Assembly: GCA_017517865.1 (NCBI GenBank)
Contig: JAFWYB010000032.1
Location: 6,915 to 70,914, forward strand
Length of the DNA: 64,000 bases
From: Clostridia bacterium
GTDB lineage: Bacteria; Bacillota; Clostridia; Oscillospirales; Acutalibacteraceae
Reading direction: 5' to 3'
Numbering within the stretch: position 1 is the first letter of the stretch; each line of letters begins with the position of its first letter. Position numbers and translations under genes: made by a program. Below, piece after piece: positions 26,257 through 35,614 of the stretch. The notes below the pieces were generated by a model. That model was not told where the DNA came from and made no database searches. It worked only from the letters and a program-made list of their open reading frames with translations.

Positions 26257-27096
26257 ATGTCAGGCATACTTTATATAGTTGGTACACCTATAGGGAATCT
26301 GGGTGATATTTCTCCCAGAGCTCTTGAAACACTTGAAAGCGTTGATTTCATAGCCGCGGAGGATACCCGCGTTACTCTTAAGCTTCTGAATCACTTTGAA
26401 ATCAAAAAGCCGCTAATAAGCTATTTTGAGCATAATCGCCGAGAAAAGGGCGAAATTATAGCGGACAGAATTGAAGGCGGCGAAAGCTGTGCTCTCGTTA
26501 CCGATGCAGGTATGCCGGCTGTTTCTGACCCGGGCGAGGACCTTGTAGCCCTCTGTCACGATAGGGGAATAAAGGTGAGTGCCGTTCCCGGACCCACCGC
26601 TTTTGCAACAGCGGTTGCTCTTTCAGGGCTTCCTGTAGGCAGATTTACCTTTGAGGGCTTTCTGAGTGTAAACAAAAATGCCCGTAAGGCTCACCTTGAA
26701 GAAATAAAGAACGAAAAGCGTACGATGGTCTTTTACGAGGCTCCCCATAAGCTTTCTGCCACTCTGTGCGATTTATACACCGCTCTTGGTGAGCGCCGTA
26801 TAGCCATCGTCAGAGAGATAACGAAGATTTACGAAGAGGTTATAAGAATAAACCTTTCCGAGGCTGCGGAAAAATATGCAGAACAGCCGCTTAAGGGTGA
26901 AATAGTGCTGGTTATTGAAGGCAGAACAGAGGTTGAAGAGGAAGAAATTACCGTTGACGATGCACTCAGACTTGCCCGTGTTTATATAAATGAGGGCATA
27001 AGTGCAAGTATGGCGGCTAAAAAGGCGGCAAAGGAAACCGGCGTCAAAAAGGGCGACATATATAAGCTTCTGACCGAAGAAGCAACGGAGGTATAA
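26257..27096 (+). CDS. rsmI: 16S rRNA (cytidine1402-2'-O)-methyltransferase
   Basis: 279 aa. N-terminal LYIVGTPIGNLGDIS and FIAAEDTR motifs of the RsmI/tetrapyrrole-methylase fold. Confidence 0.92.
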   Translation: MSGILYIVGTPIGNLGDISPRALETLESVDFIAAEDTRVTLKLLNHFEIKKPLISYFEHNRREKGEIIADRIEGGESCALVTDAGMPAVSDPGEDLVALCHDRGIKVSAVPGPTAFATAVALSGLPVGRFTFEGFLSVNKNARKAHLEEIKNEKRTMVFYEAPHKLSATLCDLYTALGERRIAIVREITKIYEEVIRINLSEAAEKYAEQPLKGEIVLVIEGRTEVEEEEITVDDALRLARVYINEGISASMAAKKAAKETGVKKGDIYKLLTEEATEV

Positions 27097-27098
27097 AA

Positions 27099-27707
27099 AT
27101 GTCTGAATGGATAAATGAATACTGGTATCTTATTATCGTGTTTGTTGCGGCTTGCGTTGTTGCGGCGGTTATATTTTATTTTGCCGCAAAAGCCTACCGT
27201 AAAAGAACTGCAATATATAAGCGTGAAGAGGCAAATATCAAGCGCCTTGTAGCACTTAAAGAGCATTTCAGACCTATGACTGAGCAGGCGATTATGAGCT
27301 GTGATGTATCAGATTTACTTGAGGGCGTTGCACTTTACTATCAGCTTAAGCTTCAGAAAGAGGAAAAGCAGGAGGAAAGCTTTGAGCTTCTCAACGAAGA
27401 CGTAAAGGATATATATACCCTCGACGTTTTTGTTCAGGATAAAACCTCAAAGGAGTTTTTCTCACAGAACGGAGATATACTCAGAAAGAGAATACTGCCC
27501 GCACTTGCAAAAATCGGTATGTCTGATTTTGCGGAAAATCTCAGGACGGTTTACGATATGTACGACAACAGCAACGAAAGCGTATCCTACAGCTTAAAGA
27601 AAATTGAAGAAACAGACTCATATATAGCTGAAAACGGTGTTTTAGACGATATAAAGCTCAAAAGTGCTGAATATATCCGCGCAAATTTTAAAAGTTTTAT
27701 AAACTAA
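27099..27707 (+). CDS. hypothetical protein with N-terminal TM helix
   Basis: Starts 2 nt after the rsmI stop, with a GGAGG RBS inside the rsmI end. TM helix YWYLIIVFVAACVVAAVIFYFAA. No recognised domain. Confidence 0.5.
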   Translation: MSEWINEYWYLIIVFVAACVVAAVIFYFAAKAYRKRTAIYKREEANIKRLVALKEHFRPMTEQAIMSCDVSDLLEGVALYYQLKLQKEEKQEESFELLNEDVKDIYTLDVFVQDKTSKEFFSQNGDILRKRILPALAKIGMSDFAENLRTVYDMYDNSNESVSYSLKKIEETDSYIAENGVLDDIKLKSAEYIRANFKSFIN

Positions 27708-27780
27708 GAAATAAACCTTTGACATACCGATAATTTAATTGTATAATAACTCTATGTAATTTTTGAAGGAGGCCAATACA

Positions 27781-28584
27781 GTGAAAAAAATTGTAGCGGT
27801 TTTTTTAATTCTGACAATGCTGACTGTGTTTGTATCCTGCGGCGATAACGGTGATGAGCAGAGTGACCCCACCCTCAACACAAACATGGGCTCACCTGAT
27901 ATCGAATCAACAACAGCGGCAGATACAGCTGTAAGCGGTTATGTGCTTACAACAGACCCCAACCAGACGGCACCGGGCGGTTTTACTACAGATTATGTTC
28001 CCACGGCATACAATCCCTCGGATCCCTCATCGGGTATCGTCATTCCGTCGCTTACCGACGAGAATTCTACGACACCCATACCAAGTATGTCTCAGGTAAC
28101 CATACCCTCAACACAGCCTACAAGCAACAACGGCAATAACGGCAGCAGCGATAATCAGACGGGCCCCACCGTTGTTGACGCACCCGATAATACAACCAAG
28201 CCCTCTGATCCTCAGGAGCAGGATTCAACCACCGAGGGCGGAAATGACGAAAGCTCGCCTAAGCCTAAGTCAGTTTCAAGCTCATCTGTTTCAAAGCTCA
28301 GTAACGGTGATATAACAATCGATATCAGTGCATCGGGCTGGGATTCTGCAATTGTTGCAAACAAGGGCACGGCAACCGTAACCTACGGTTCAAATACCGA
28401 AAGTGCCTCATGCTCCGTTTCGGCAACTGTAGAGGGCGGTAACTACGTAATTACCGTTTACACCTCAAAGCTTGAAATTTATTCGGGCGCAACTGTAAAG
28501 GTAACCATTCCCGAGGGCTTAATAAAAACAGCCTCAGGAACTCAGTATAACAGAGCGTTTACAAGTAAGGCTCTTACATTCTGA
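27781..28584 (+). CDS. lipoprotein with S/T/P-rich low-complexity linker
   Basis: GTG 27781 behind a GAAGGAGG RBS. Lipobox-like VFVSC. Long T/S/P/N-rich region, then a beta-rich C-terminus. Confidence 0.6.
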   Translation: MKKIVAVFLILTMLTVFVSCGDNGDEQSDPTLNTNMGSPDIESTTAADTAVSGYVLTTDPNQTAPGGFTTDYVPTAYNPSDPSSGIVIPSLTDENSTTPIPSMSQVTIPSTQPTSNNGNNGSSDNQTGPTVVDAPDNTTKPSDPQEQDSTTEGGNDESSPKPKSVSSSSVSKLSNGDITIDISASGWDSAIVANKGTATVTYGSNTESASCSVSATVEGGNYVITVYTSKLEIYSGATVKVTIPEGLIKTASGTQYNRAFTSKALTF

Positions 28585-28589
28585 TAATA

Positions 28590-28634
28590 ACTCCCGCTAA
28601 CGCCTGCACGGTGAAAGCGGGAGCTTTGTTTTAT
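28590..28634 (+). terminator. rho-independent terminator
   Basis: Stem CTCCCGCT/AGCGGGAG (28591-28598/28616-28623), large loop, then TTTGTTTT. Confidence 0.6.
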
Positions 28635-28672
28635 ATGAAGTTTTTCTGTCAACACTAACCCTTGAAGGGGGA

Positions 28673-29440
28673 ATGATTATGGCGGCAAAACTCAGAATAA
28701 AGGGCAGAATTTTACTTGTCGGCAATGAAGGCCTTATGCATCTTGTTCTCGCAACGGGTGTAATGCTGATTTTATGCATAAACTTTTCAGTGCTGACCTA
28801 TGAGCTGTTTATAAAAAAAGGTGACAACACGCTTGTTGATTTCACGGTTTCACTTTTTTTATTTCTTTTCAGCAGAGGAATCTGTTGGCTTATACATCTT
28901 GGTGTTGACCGCTTCTTTCTCAGACGCAGTCAGCAGGCAGGTGAAAGAGCGGCAGATCTTTTCCGTTATCTTAATCCTGTAAGGGCTGCGGGTGCTCTTG
29001 CTTTCGGCGCAGTACTTTCGTCTTTGAAGCTTTTTTATCTTTTGCTTTCCTTTTTGCCTTTCGGTGCGATGCTGTATATTCTGTATTATAGCGCAGTGCG
29101 GGGTGTTTCAGTGCTTGTAGCGGCTTCTCTTGCCGCGGGCTGTGTTTTGCTTTTTATCAGTGGAGCGGTATTTTACACAAGCATAAGCGCGTCGCTTTTT
29201 ACTGCGAAATATCACTATATCTGCGGTGACTGTATATCCTTCAGACAGATTTTTTCCTCCTCGGTGCAGGAAATGAAGCACAGGAAAAGCCTGCTTATTA
29301 AGCTTAAGCTGAGCTTTAGGGGTTGGTTTCTTCTGAGCCTTCTTGTTTTTCCTATAGGCTATGTGTGGAGCTATTATAACCAGACCCTTGCCGTTGCGGC
29401 TGCAGAATTTATGTCTCACGCCTATTTACAAGACGGGTGA
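28673..29440 (+). CDS. multi-pass membrane protein, function unknown
   Basis: 255 aa with about 6 hydrophobic segments. The start could be ATG 28673 or 28679. Confidence 0.5.
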   Translation: MIMAAKLRIKGRILLVGNEGLMHLVLATGVMLILCINFSVLTYELFIKKGDNTLVDFTVSLFLFLFSRGICWLIHLGVDRFFLRRSQQAGERAADLFRYLNPVRAAGALAFGAVLSSLKLFYLLLSFLPFGAMLYILYYSAVRGVSVLVAASLAAGCVLLFISGAVFYTSISASLFTAKYHYICGDCISFRQIFSSSVQEMKHRKSLLIKLKLSFRGWFLLSLLVFPIGYVWSYYNQTLAVAAAEFMSHAYLQDG

Positions 29441-29485
29441 AATCTGCTATTATATATAAAACAAATCAAAGGACGGAAAAGAGCG

Positions 29486-29797
29486 ATGGCAAATCAGGAG
29501 GTTTTTGTTCCTCTTCTGAGCTGGCTTATAGGCGGCTCAAGAATAGGCGGAAGCTATAATATTTACTGCGGCAGCCTCGGCACTGACCCTCAGAAGGGCT
29601 GCTTTGACACTCACATAAAAAATTACCGTATATGGATTGAAAAGCTTGAAGAAACTGAAATTATAAAGGCTTCGGTTTATTTCGGCTTGAATTCCTATGA
29701 CAATCAGAACCCGGACGAGGTGTTTACCGAGGTTTTTGAGCTCAGCGACGAAAGCAGGCCTCTTATTAAGAAATGGATTGAAAGTAAAAACAACTGA
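29486..29797 (+). CDS. hypothetical protein
   Basis: 103-aa ORF followed by a terminator. No recognised motif. Confidence 0.4.
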   Translation: MANQEVFVPLLSWLIGGSRIGGSYNIYCGSLGTDPQKGCFDTHIKNYRIWIEKLEETEIIKASVYFGLNSYDNQNPDEVFTEVFELSDESRPLIKKWIESKNN

Positions 29798-29804
29798 TTG
29801 AAGA

Positions 29805-29837
29805 AGAGCACTCTCCTACGGAGTGCTCTTGATTTTT
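29805..29837 (+). terminator. rho-independent terminator
   Basis: Stem AGAGCACTC/GAGTGCTCT (29805-29813/29821-29829) then TGATTTTT. Confidence 0.75.
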
Positions 29838-29860
29838 ACAAAAAAGTTTTTTCAAGAAAA

Positions 29861-29890
29861 ACAGAGCAAAACAGAGTAAAACAGAGCAAA
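29861..29890. repeat. three tandem 10-bp units ACAGAG(C/T)AAA
   Basis: ACAGAGCAAA, ACAGAGTAAA and ACAGAGCAAA at 29861, 29871 and 29881, about 65 nt upstream of the pot promoter -35. Confidence 0.8.
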
Positions 29891-29955
29891 TCGGCGATTT
29901 TTAAATATCGGGTTGATTTTGCCTCGATTTTTTGCGGAAAAATACAAAAAAACTG

Positions 29956-29984
29956 TTGACATTTGCAAGATTTTGTTCTATATT
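29956..29984 (+). promoter_or_regulatory. sigma-A type promoter of potABCD (TTGACA-17-TATATT)
   Basis: TTGACA 29956-29961, 17-nt spacer, TATATT 29979-29984. Leader of about 110 nt to potA. Confidence 0.55.
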
Positions 29985-30100
29985 GTGTCTAAACGGAATA
30001 AACAGAAAGTCCCGGGAAAGGTGAGTTTTGAATAACTTGACTTTCTTGGGATTTTAAGGCTTTATCCGACACGGCAATTTTCGCACAGGAGGTAAGTTTT

Positions 30101-31222
30101 ATGGGAGATAATGTAATTATCAGACTGCAGGATATCTCAAAAAAGTTTGAGGATGAGGTTATTCTCGATAAGATCAACCTTTCGATAAAAGACAAGGAAT
30201 TTATGACCTTTTTAGGACCGTCCGGCTGCGGCAAGACAACGACTCTGCGTATTATTGCAGGCTTTCTTGAAGCTGACAGCGGACAGGTTATTTTTGAAGG
30301 TAAGGATATAAATAATGTTCCGCCTCATAAAAGGCAGGTTAATACAATTTTTCAGCGCTACGCACTTTTTCCGCACCTGAATGTTTATGAAAACATCGCC
30401 TTCGGCCTTCGCATAAAAAAGATGAAGGAAAAGGATATAAGCAGGAAGGTACACGAGATGCTGGAACTTGTAAATCTCAAGGGATTTCAGAAAAGAAACA
30501 TCGCCTCACTTTCAGGCGGTCAGCAGCAGAGAGTTGCAATAGCAAGAGCTCTTGCGGTTGAGCCCCGTGTGCTTCTTCTTGACGAGCCGCTCGGTGCCCT
30601 TGACCTTAAGCTGCGTAAGGATATGCAGGTCGAGCTTAAAAATATTCAGAAAAGAATGGGTATCACCTTTATCTATGTTACCCACGACCAGCAGGAGGCT
30701 CTTTCAATGAGTGATACCGTTGTTGTTATGAACGGCGGTAAGATTCAGCAGATAGGCACTCCCATAGATATCTATAATGAGCCGAAAAATGCCTTTGTCG
30801 CTGACTTTATCGGTGAAAGTAATATTCTTGACGGTGTAATGCTTGACGACTTTAAAGCCAAGTTTTCCGGTGCTGTTTTCCAGTGCCTTGATAAGGGCTT
30901 TGCCGTCAACGAGAGTGTTGATATTGTTGTGCGCCCTGAGGATGTTGATGTTGTTCCTGTTTCAGAGGGTACCATCAGCGGAATTATTACCTCAAACACC
31001 TTCAAGGGTGTTCATTTTGAGATGATTGTTGACATTGATAACTTCAAATGGATGATTCAGACAACTGATTACTATCCCGTCGGAACAAGAATCGGTATTC
31101 AGATTGAGCCCGATGCAATCCACGTTATGAAAAAGAGCGAATACTCAGGTATGTTCGGTGATTACAGCTCATTCAGTGACGAGCTTGAGCGCCTTTCAGA
31201 TGTTGAGCAAGAGGAGGAGTGA
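30101..31222 (+). CDS. potA: spermidine/putrescine ABC transporter ATP-binding protein
   Basis: Walker [10 protein letters not shown], signature [15 protein letters not shown], Walker B LLLDEPL, C-terminal TOBE-like domain. Confidence 0.92.
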   Translation: MGDNVIIRLQDISKKFEDEVILDKINLSIKDKEFMTFLGPSGCGKTTTLRIIAGFLEADSGQVIFEGKDINNVPPHKRQVNTIFQRYALFPHLNVYENIAFGLRIKKMKEKDISRKVHEMLELVNLKGFQKRNIASLSGGQQQRVAIARALAVEPRVLLLDEPLGALDLKLRKDMQVELKNIQKRMGITFIYVTHDQQEALSMSDTVVVMNGGKIQQIGTPIDIYNEPKNAFVADFIGESNILDGVMLDDFKAKFSGAVFQCLDKGFAVNESVDIVVRPEDVDVVPVSEGTISGIITSNTFKGVHFEMIVDIDNFKWMIQTTDYYPVGTRIGIQIEPDAIHVMKKSEYSGMFGDYSSFSDELERLSDVEQEEE

Positions 31223-31225
31223 TAA

Positions 31226-32053
31226 ATGAAGAAAAAATCACTCGGAACAAAGCTCACGGCTGCGCCTTATCTTGTGTGGTCTGCAATATTTATAATAGTG
31301 CCTCTGATTTTTGTTCTTGTGTATTCGGTTACTGATTCTCAGGGCAATTTCACCCTGCAATATATTCTTGACATAGGCAAATATAAGGACGTTATGCTCA
31401 ACTCTATATGGCTGGGCTTTATCGCCACGGTTATTTCCCTTGTTATTTCCTATCCGCTTGCTTATATAATGGCAAGAACAACGGCAAACGTACAGAGAAC
31501 GATGATGATTCTCGTTATGCTGCCTATGTGGATGAATCTTCTTATCCGTACCTATTCGATGATGATTATTCTTCAGGATACGGGAATAATCAACACAGCT
31601 TTAGAGGCTATCGGTCTGGGTAAGGTGCATATGATAAACACCGAGGCGGCTGTGGTTTTGGGTATGGTATATAACTACATACCATATATGATATTGCCTC
31701 TTTACTCCATTATGTCAAAGATGGATCATAACCTCATCGAGGCGGCAGAGGATCTTGGAGCAAACAAATTTACCGTGCTTAAAAACATAGTTCTGCCTCT
31801 GAGCCTTCCCGGTATTGCTTCTGGCTTTACTATGGTTTTCGTACCATCTGTTTCTACCTTTTACATTTCGAAAAAGCTTGGCGGAAACACTTTTTCGCTT
31901 ATCGGCGACGTTATTGAAATGCAGTTCAAGAGTGCCAATAACTACAATTTAGGTGCGGCACTTTCACTTGTGCTTATGGTGCTGATTATCATCTGTATGA
32001 TGGTTATGAACCGCTTTACGGGTGAAGACGATGACGGAGGTGTGCTTATATGA
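31226..32053 (+). CDS. potB: spermidine/putrescine ABC transporter permease
   Basis: 6-TM permease with EAA-like loop IEAAEDLGANKFTVLKNIVLP. Confidence 0.88.
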   Translation: MKKKSLGTKLTAAPYLVWSAIFIIVPLIFVLVYSVTDSQGNFTLQYILDIGKYKDVMLNSIWLGFIATVISLVISYPLAYIMARTTANVQRTMMILVMLPMWMNLLIRTYSMMIILQDTGIINTALEAIGLGKVHMINTEAAVVLGMVYNYIPYMILPLYSIMSKMDHNLIEAAEDLGANKFTVLKNIVLPLSLPGIASGFTMVFVPSVSTFYISKKLGGNTFSLIGDVIEMQFKSANNYNLGAALSLVLMVLIIICMMVMNRFTGEDDDGGVLI

Positions 32054-32886
32054 AAACAAAAATGACACCGCTGTCAAAATTCTATGTGGCGCTTATAATG
32101 ATTTTTCTTTATGCGCCCATTGTTGTAATGATTATTTTTTCATTCAATGCTTCGGCGAGTACGAGTGTAATAAGCGGCTTCTCTCTTCGCTGGTATGAAT
32201 CGCTTCTTCAGGACGAGGGAACAATGAAGGCACTTACAAACACCCTTATTCTTGCTGTCAGCTCATCGTTTATTGCAACGGTTATGGGCACTGCTGCATC
32301 CGTAGGAATAAATACCTTCAGAAACAAAAGAATAAAGCAGCTTACAATGGGTGTTACAAACATCCCGATGATGAACCCCGAAATTGTTACGGGTATTTCA
32401 ATGATGCTTCTCTTTATTTTCTGTGCGAATCTTATAGGCAAAAAGGATGCTCTGGGCTTCGGCACAATGCTTATTGCCCACATCACCTTTAATCTGCCTT
32501 ACGTTATTCTTTCAGTGCTTCCCAAGCTCAGACAGCTTGACAAATATCTGCCCGAGGCTGCTATGGACTTAGGCTGTACTCCCGTTCAGGCATTTTTCAA
32601 GGTAATTCTTCCCTCGATATCAACGGGTATCCTTTCGGGACTTATGATGTCCTTTACACTGTCGTTGGACGATTTCGTTATCAGCTACTTTACACAGGGA
32701 CCCTCCTTTGAAACCCTGCCTATCAGAATTTTCTCTATGACAAAAAAGAGGGTTACACCCGATATGTACGCCCTTTCAACACTCATTTTTATCACGATTC
32801 TCGTTCTTCTCGTGCTTCTTAATGTTGCTCAGGCAAGAGGGGATAAGAAAATGAGCAATAAGCTTAACAAGGGGGGTAAGAAATGA
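32050..32886 (+). CDS. potC: spermidine/putrescine ABC transporter permease
   Basis: Overlaps the potB stop by 4 nt. EAA-like loop PEAAMDLGCTPVQAFFKVILP. Confidence 0.88.
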   Translation: MKTKMTPLSKFYVALIMIFLYAPIVVMIIFSFNASASTSVISGFSLRWYESLLQDEGTMKALTNTLILAVSSSFIATVMGTAASVGINTFRNKRIKQLTMGVTNIPMMNPEIVTGISMMLLFIFCANLIGKKDALGFGTMLIAHITFNLPYVILSVLPKLRQLDKYLPEAAMDLGCTPVQAFFKVILPSISTGILSGLMMSFTLSLDDFVISYFTQGPSFETLPIRIFSMTKKRVTPDMYALSTLIFITILVLLVLLNVAQARGDKKMSNKLNKGGKK

Positions 32887-34109
32887 AAAAGATAATTCTT
32901 CCTTTTATTGTTGCTTTGCTTGCTTTTTTCACCGCTTTATCCTGTAGTGCCTATGAGAACGAGGAATATTACAAAAACCGCGGCCTTGAGGGTACTGAAA
33001 TTAACGTTTTCAACTGGGGCGAATATATCAGTGATACCTACGAGGGCGGACTTATCAACGTAAACGCAGAGTTTGAAAAGCTCACGGGTATAAAGGTCAA
33101 TTATGTTACCTATGAAAGCAACGAGGATATGTATCCCAAAATCAAAAACGGCGGTGCAAGCTACGATATTGTCATTCCTTCGGATTATATGATCGAGAGA
33201 ATGATAGACGAGGGTATGCTTCTTGAAATAAAAACCGAGGAACTGCCAAACTATAAATATGTAAGCGAAGATTACAAGGGTATGTATTATGACCCGGACG
33301 ACAGATATTCGGTTCCGTATAATGTCGGTATGGTAGGCCTTATTTATAATAAGACGATGGTTGAAGAGGCTCCTACAAGCTGGTCAGCTCTCTGGGACGA
33401 AAGATATGCGGGCAAAATTCTTATGATTGACAATCCCCGCGATGCCTTTGCAATTCCTCAGAAAATACTCGGCTATTCACTTAACAGCACTGACGAAAAA
33501 GAGCTTGTTGACGTTGCTCAGATGCTAATAGACCAAAAGCCTCTGCTTCAGGGCTACGTTATGGATGAAATATACAATAAGATGGAAAGCGGAGAGGCCG
33601 CCCTTGTGCCGTACTATGTAGGTGATTTCGTCTGTATGCAGGAGGTAAACCCCGATCTTGATTTTGTTTATCCTGAGGAGGGTGTAAACATTTTCGTTGA
33701 CTCAATGTGCGTTCCCGAATGTGCTCAGAACTACGAGGCGGCAATGCTTTATATAAACTTTATGCTCGACCCCGAGGTGGCAATGAGCAATGCATATTAT
33801 ATCGGTTATGCTACACCGAACCAGGGCGTGCTTGATCACCCGGATTATGAGGAAATGCTTGAAAACAAATATCTTTACCCTGAAAGTGAAGATATGCCTG
33901 ACACAGAATACTTTCACAATCTTCCGCAGGAAACGCTTACCTTTATTTCAAATCTGTGGAGTGAAATTAAAATACAGGGCACCGATATTTCACACATATA
34001 TATCGGCTTCGCTCTTATTGCTGCCGTAACGGTATATTATATCGTCAGAAAGCGCGTGATTTCCCGCCGCAGGGAGTATTGGTACGACAATCCGGAAAAA
34101 AACAAATAA
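32883..34109 (+). CDS. potD: spermidine/putrescine-binding protein with extra C-terminal TM anchor
   Basis: Overlaps the potC stop by 4 nt. Signal peptide with Cys (FFTALSC). PotD-like body (INVFNWGEYI, SYDIVIPSDYM). C-terminal hydrophobic IYIGFALIAAVTVYYIV followed by RKRVISRRRE. Confidence 0.85.
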   Translation: MKKIILPFIVALLAFFTALSCSAYENEEYYKNRGLEGTEINVFNWGEYISDTYEGGLINVNAEFEKLTGIKVNYVTYESNEDMYPKIKNGGASYDIVIPSDYMIERMIDEGMLLEIKTEELPNYKYVSEDYKGMYYDPDDRYSVPYNVGMVGLIYNKTMVEEAPTSWSALWDERYAGKILMIDNPRDAFAIPQKILGYSLNSTDEKELVDVAQMLIDQKPLLQGYVMDEIYNKMESGEAALVPYYVGDFVCMQEVNPDLDFVYPEEGVNIFVDSMCVPECAQNYEAAMLYINFMLDPEVAMSNAYYIGYATPNQGVLDHPDYEEMLENKYLYPESEDMPDTEYFHNLPQETLTFISNLWSEIKIQGTDISHIYIGFALIAAVTVYYIVRKRVISRRREYWYDNPEKNK

Positions 34110-34118
34110 CAGCTTATT

Positions 34119-34155
34119 ACGGCGTTCTTCCGCGGAAGAACGCCGTATTTTTTTG
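34119..34155 (+). terminator. rho-independent terminator of the pot operon
   Basis: Stem ACGGCGTTCTTC/GAAGAACGCCGT (34119-34130/34135-34146) followed by ATTTTTTT. Confidence 0.9.
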
Positions 34156-34227
34156 CTTTTACTGTTGCAGAAAACGCTGATTTATAGTATAATAACTGTA
34201 ATTATGCAGTTTGAAGGGAGATCTATT

Positions 34228-35592
34228 ATGTCTGAGAAAAAATATATGCCCGCAGACCTTGACAATGCAGGTAAAATATTTCCCGCACAAAATACTGATA
34301 CCTGGTCAAATGTGTTCCGTGTAGGTATGGAGCTGAAGCAAAAGGTTGATCCCGATACTCTGAAAAAGGCTCTCGACAGAACTCTTATACGGCTTCCCGG
34401 CTTCAGAGTAAAACTGAAAAGAGGCACCTTCTGGTACTGCTTTGAGGAAAATACAGAAAGCTGCCCTGTCAGAAAAGATGTTTCAAACTTCTGTTACCGC
34501 ATAAATTTAAGTGAGGATAACGGCTTTCTTTTCAGAGTTTTTTACTTTGACAGAAAAATAAGCCTTGATGTTTATCATGCCCTTTGCGACGGATACGGTG
34601 CTGTTGTGTTTCTCTCAACTCTCGTTGGTGAATATCTGAGGATTAAAGGGTGTGATGTGTCGCACAACGAAATTGTTCTTAATGTTAACGAAAAGCCCGA
34701 TGCGGAAGAAACCGAGGATGCATATAAGCGCTACGCATGCTCAAGAGAAAGATGCAGCTATCCGAGTGATTGGGTATATCACCGTCGCGGTGCAAAGCTT
34801 AAGGGTCATCTTACCAATTATACAATGGCCACGATGTCCTTCGGGCAGCTTCACGCTATCAGTAAGCGATACGATGTTACTGTAACTGAGCTTCTTTCGG
34901 CTGTAATGCTTGAGGTTAATTACAGAAAAATGCTTGCTGAATATAAGGGCAAAAAGAAGGTATGTATTCAGATACCCGTAAATCTCAGAAAGGCATTCCC
35001 GAGCCGCAGTCTGAGAAACTTTGTTCTGTGTCTCAGAGTTCAGCTTGAGCCGAGAAAAGAGGAGTATACCTTTGAAGAAATACTTTCGATTGTTTCTTCT
35101 CAGCTCAGAAGTGTCAACAAGCCTGAAATTCTTAATTCAATGATGACCAAAAATGTGAAAATGGAAAAACAGATAGCCGCCTATGCGCCCTTGGGACTCA
35201 AAAATTTTCTGGTCGGCGCAGGCTTTCAGATTACGGCTGAAAAGAGCACAACGGCTCTTATTTCAAATCTCGGTCCTGTAAAGCTTCCGCGGGATATGGC
35301 TGAGCATATAGAAAAATGCTTCTTTTATACGGGACCCGGCATAGTCAACGGTGCAAGGTGCGGTGTGACATCTCTTGGCGATAAGCTCACCTTTACCTTC
35401 TCAAGCCGTTTCAAAGAGGATGATGCCGAAAGAGAGTTTTTCTCAAAACTTGCTACAATGGGTGTTGATCTTTCAATTGAAACGAACCGCAGAGCAGAAG
35501 CCGTAAGATGGGCTGAGCTTTTCAACAGTGTTGACGGTGAAGCCTATTCACGGGAGCTTTACACATTTGAAGGCAAGGCTCTTATAAGATAA
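34228..35592 (+). CDS. HxxxD-type acyltransferase (condensation / alcohol acetyltransferase-like)
   Basis: ATG 34228 behind a GAAGGGAG RBS. N-terminal LDNAGKIFPA and catalytic-type HALCDGYG motif. Confidence 0.55.
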   Translation: MSEKKYMPADLDNAGKIFPAQNTDTWSNVFRVGMELKQKVDPDTLKKALDRTLIRLPGFRVKLKRGTFWYCFEENTESCPVRKDVSNFCYRINLSEDNGFLFRVFYFDRKISLDVYHALCDGYGAVVFLSTLVGEYLRIKGCDVSHNEIVLNVNEKPDAEETEDAYKRYACSRERCSYPSDWVYHRRGAKLKGHLTNYTMATMSFGQLHAISKRYDVTVTELLSAVMLEVNYRKMLAEYKGKKKVCIQIPVNLRKAFPSRSLRNFVLCLRVQLEPRKEEYTFEEILSIVSSQLRSVNKPEILNSMMTKNVKMEKQIAAYAPLGLKNFLVGAGFQITAEKSTTALISNLGPVKLPRDMAEHIEKCFFYTGPGIVNGARCGVTSLGDKLTFTFSSRFKEDDAEREFFSKLATMGVDLSIETNRRAEAVRWAELFNSVDGEAYSRELYTFEGKALIR

Positions 35593-35614
35593 ATAACCGG
35601 CAGGAGGTGCAGTA

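Noticed and set aside
27880-28300. S/T/P/N-rich stretch of the lipoprotein gene, considered as a nucleotide tandem repeat.
   Set aside because: This is compositional low complexity at the protein level only. I could not find a repeating nucleotide unit.
29857-29890. Tandem 10-bp repeats considered as a CRISPR or minisatellite array.
   Set aside because: The units are contiguous with no spacers and far too short for CRISPR repeats, and there are no cas genes in the window. I kept it only as a possible regulatory repeat.
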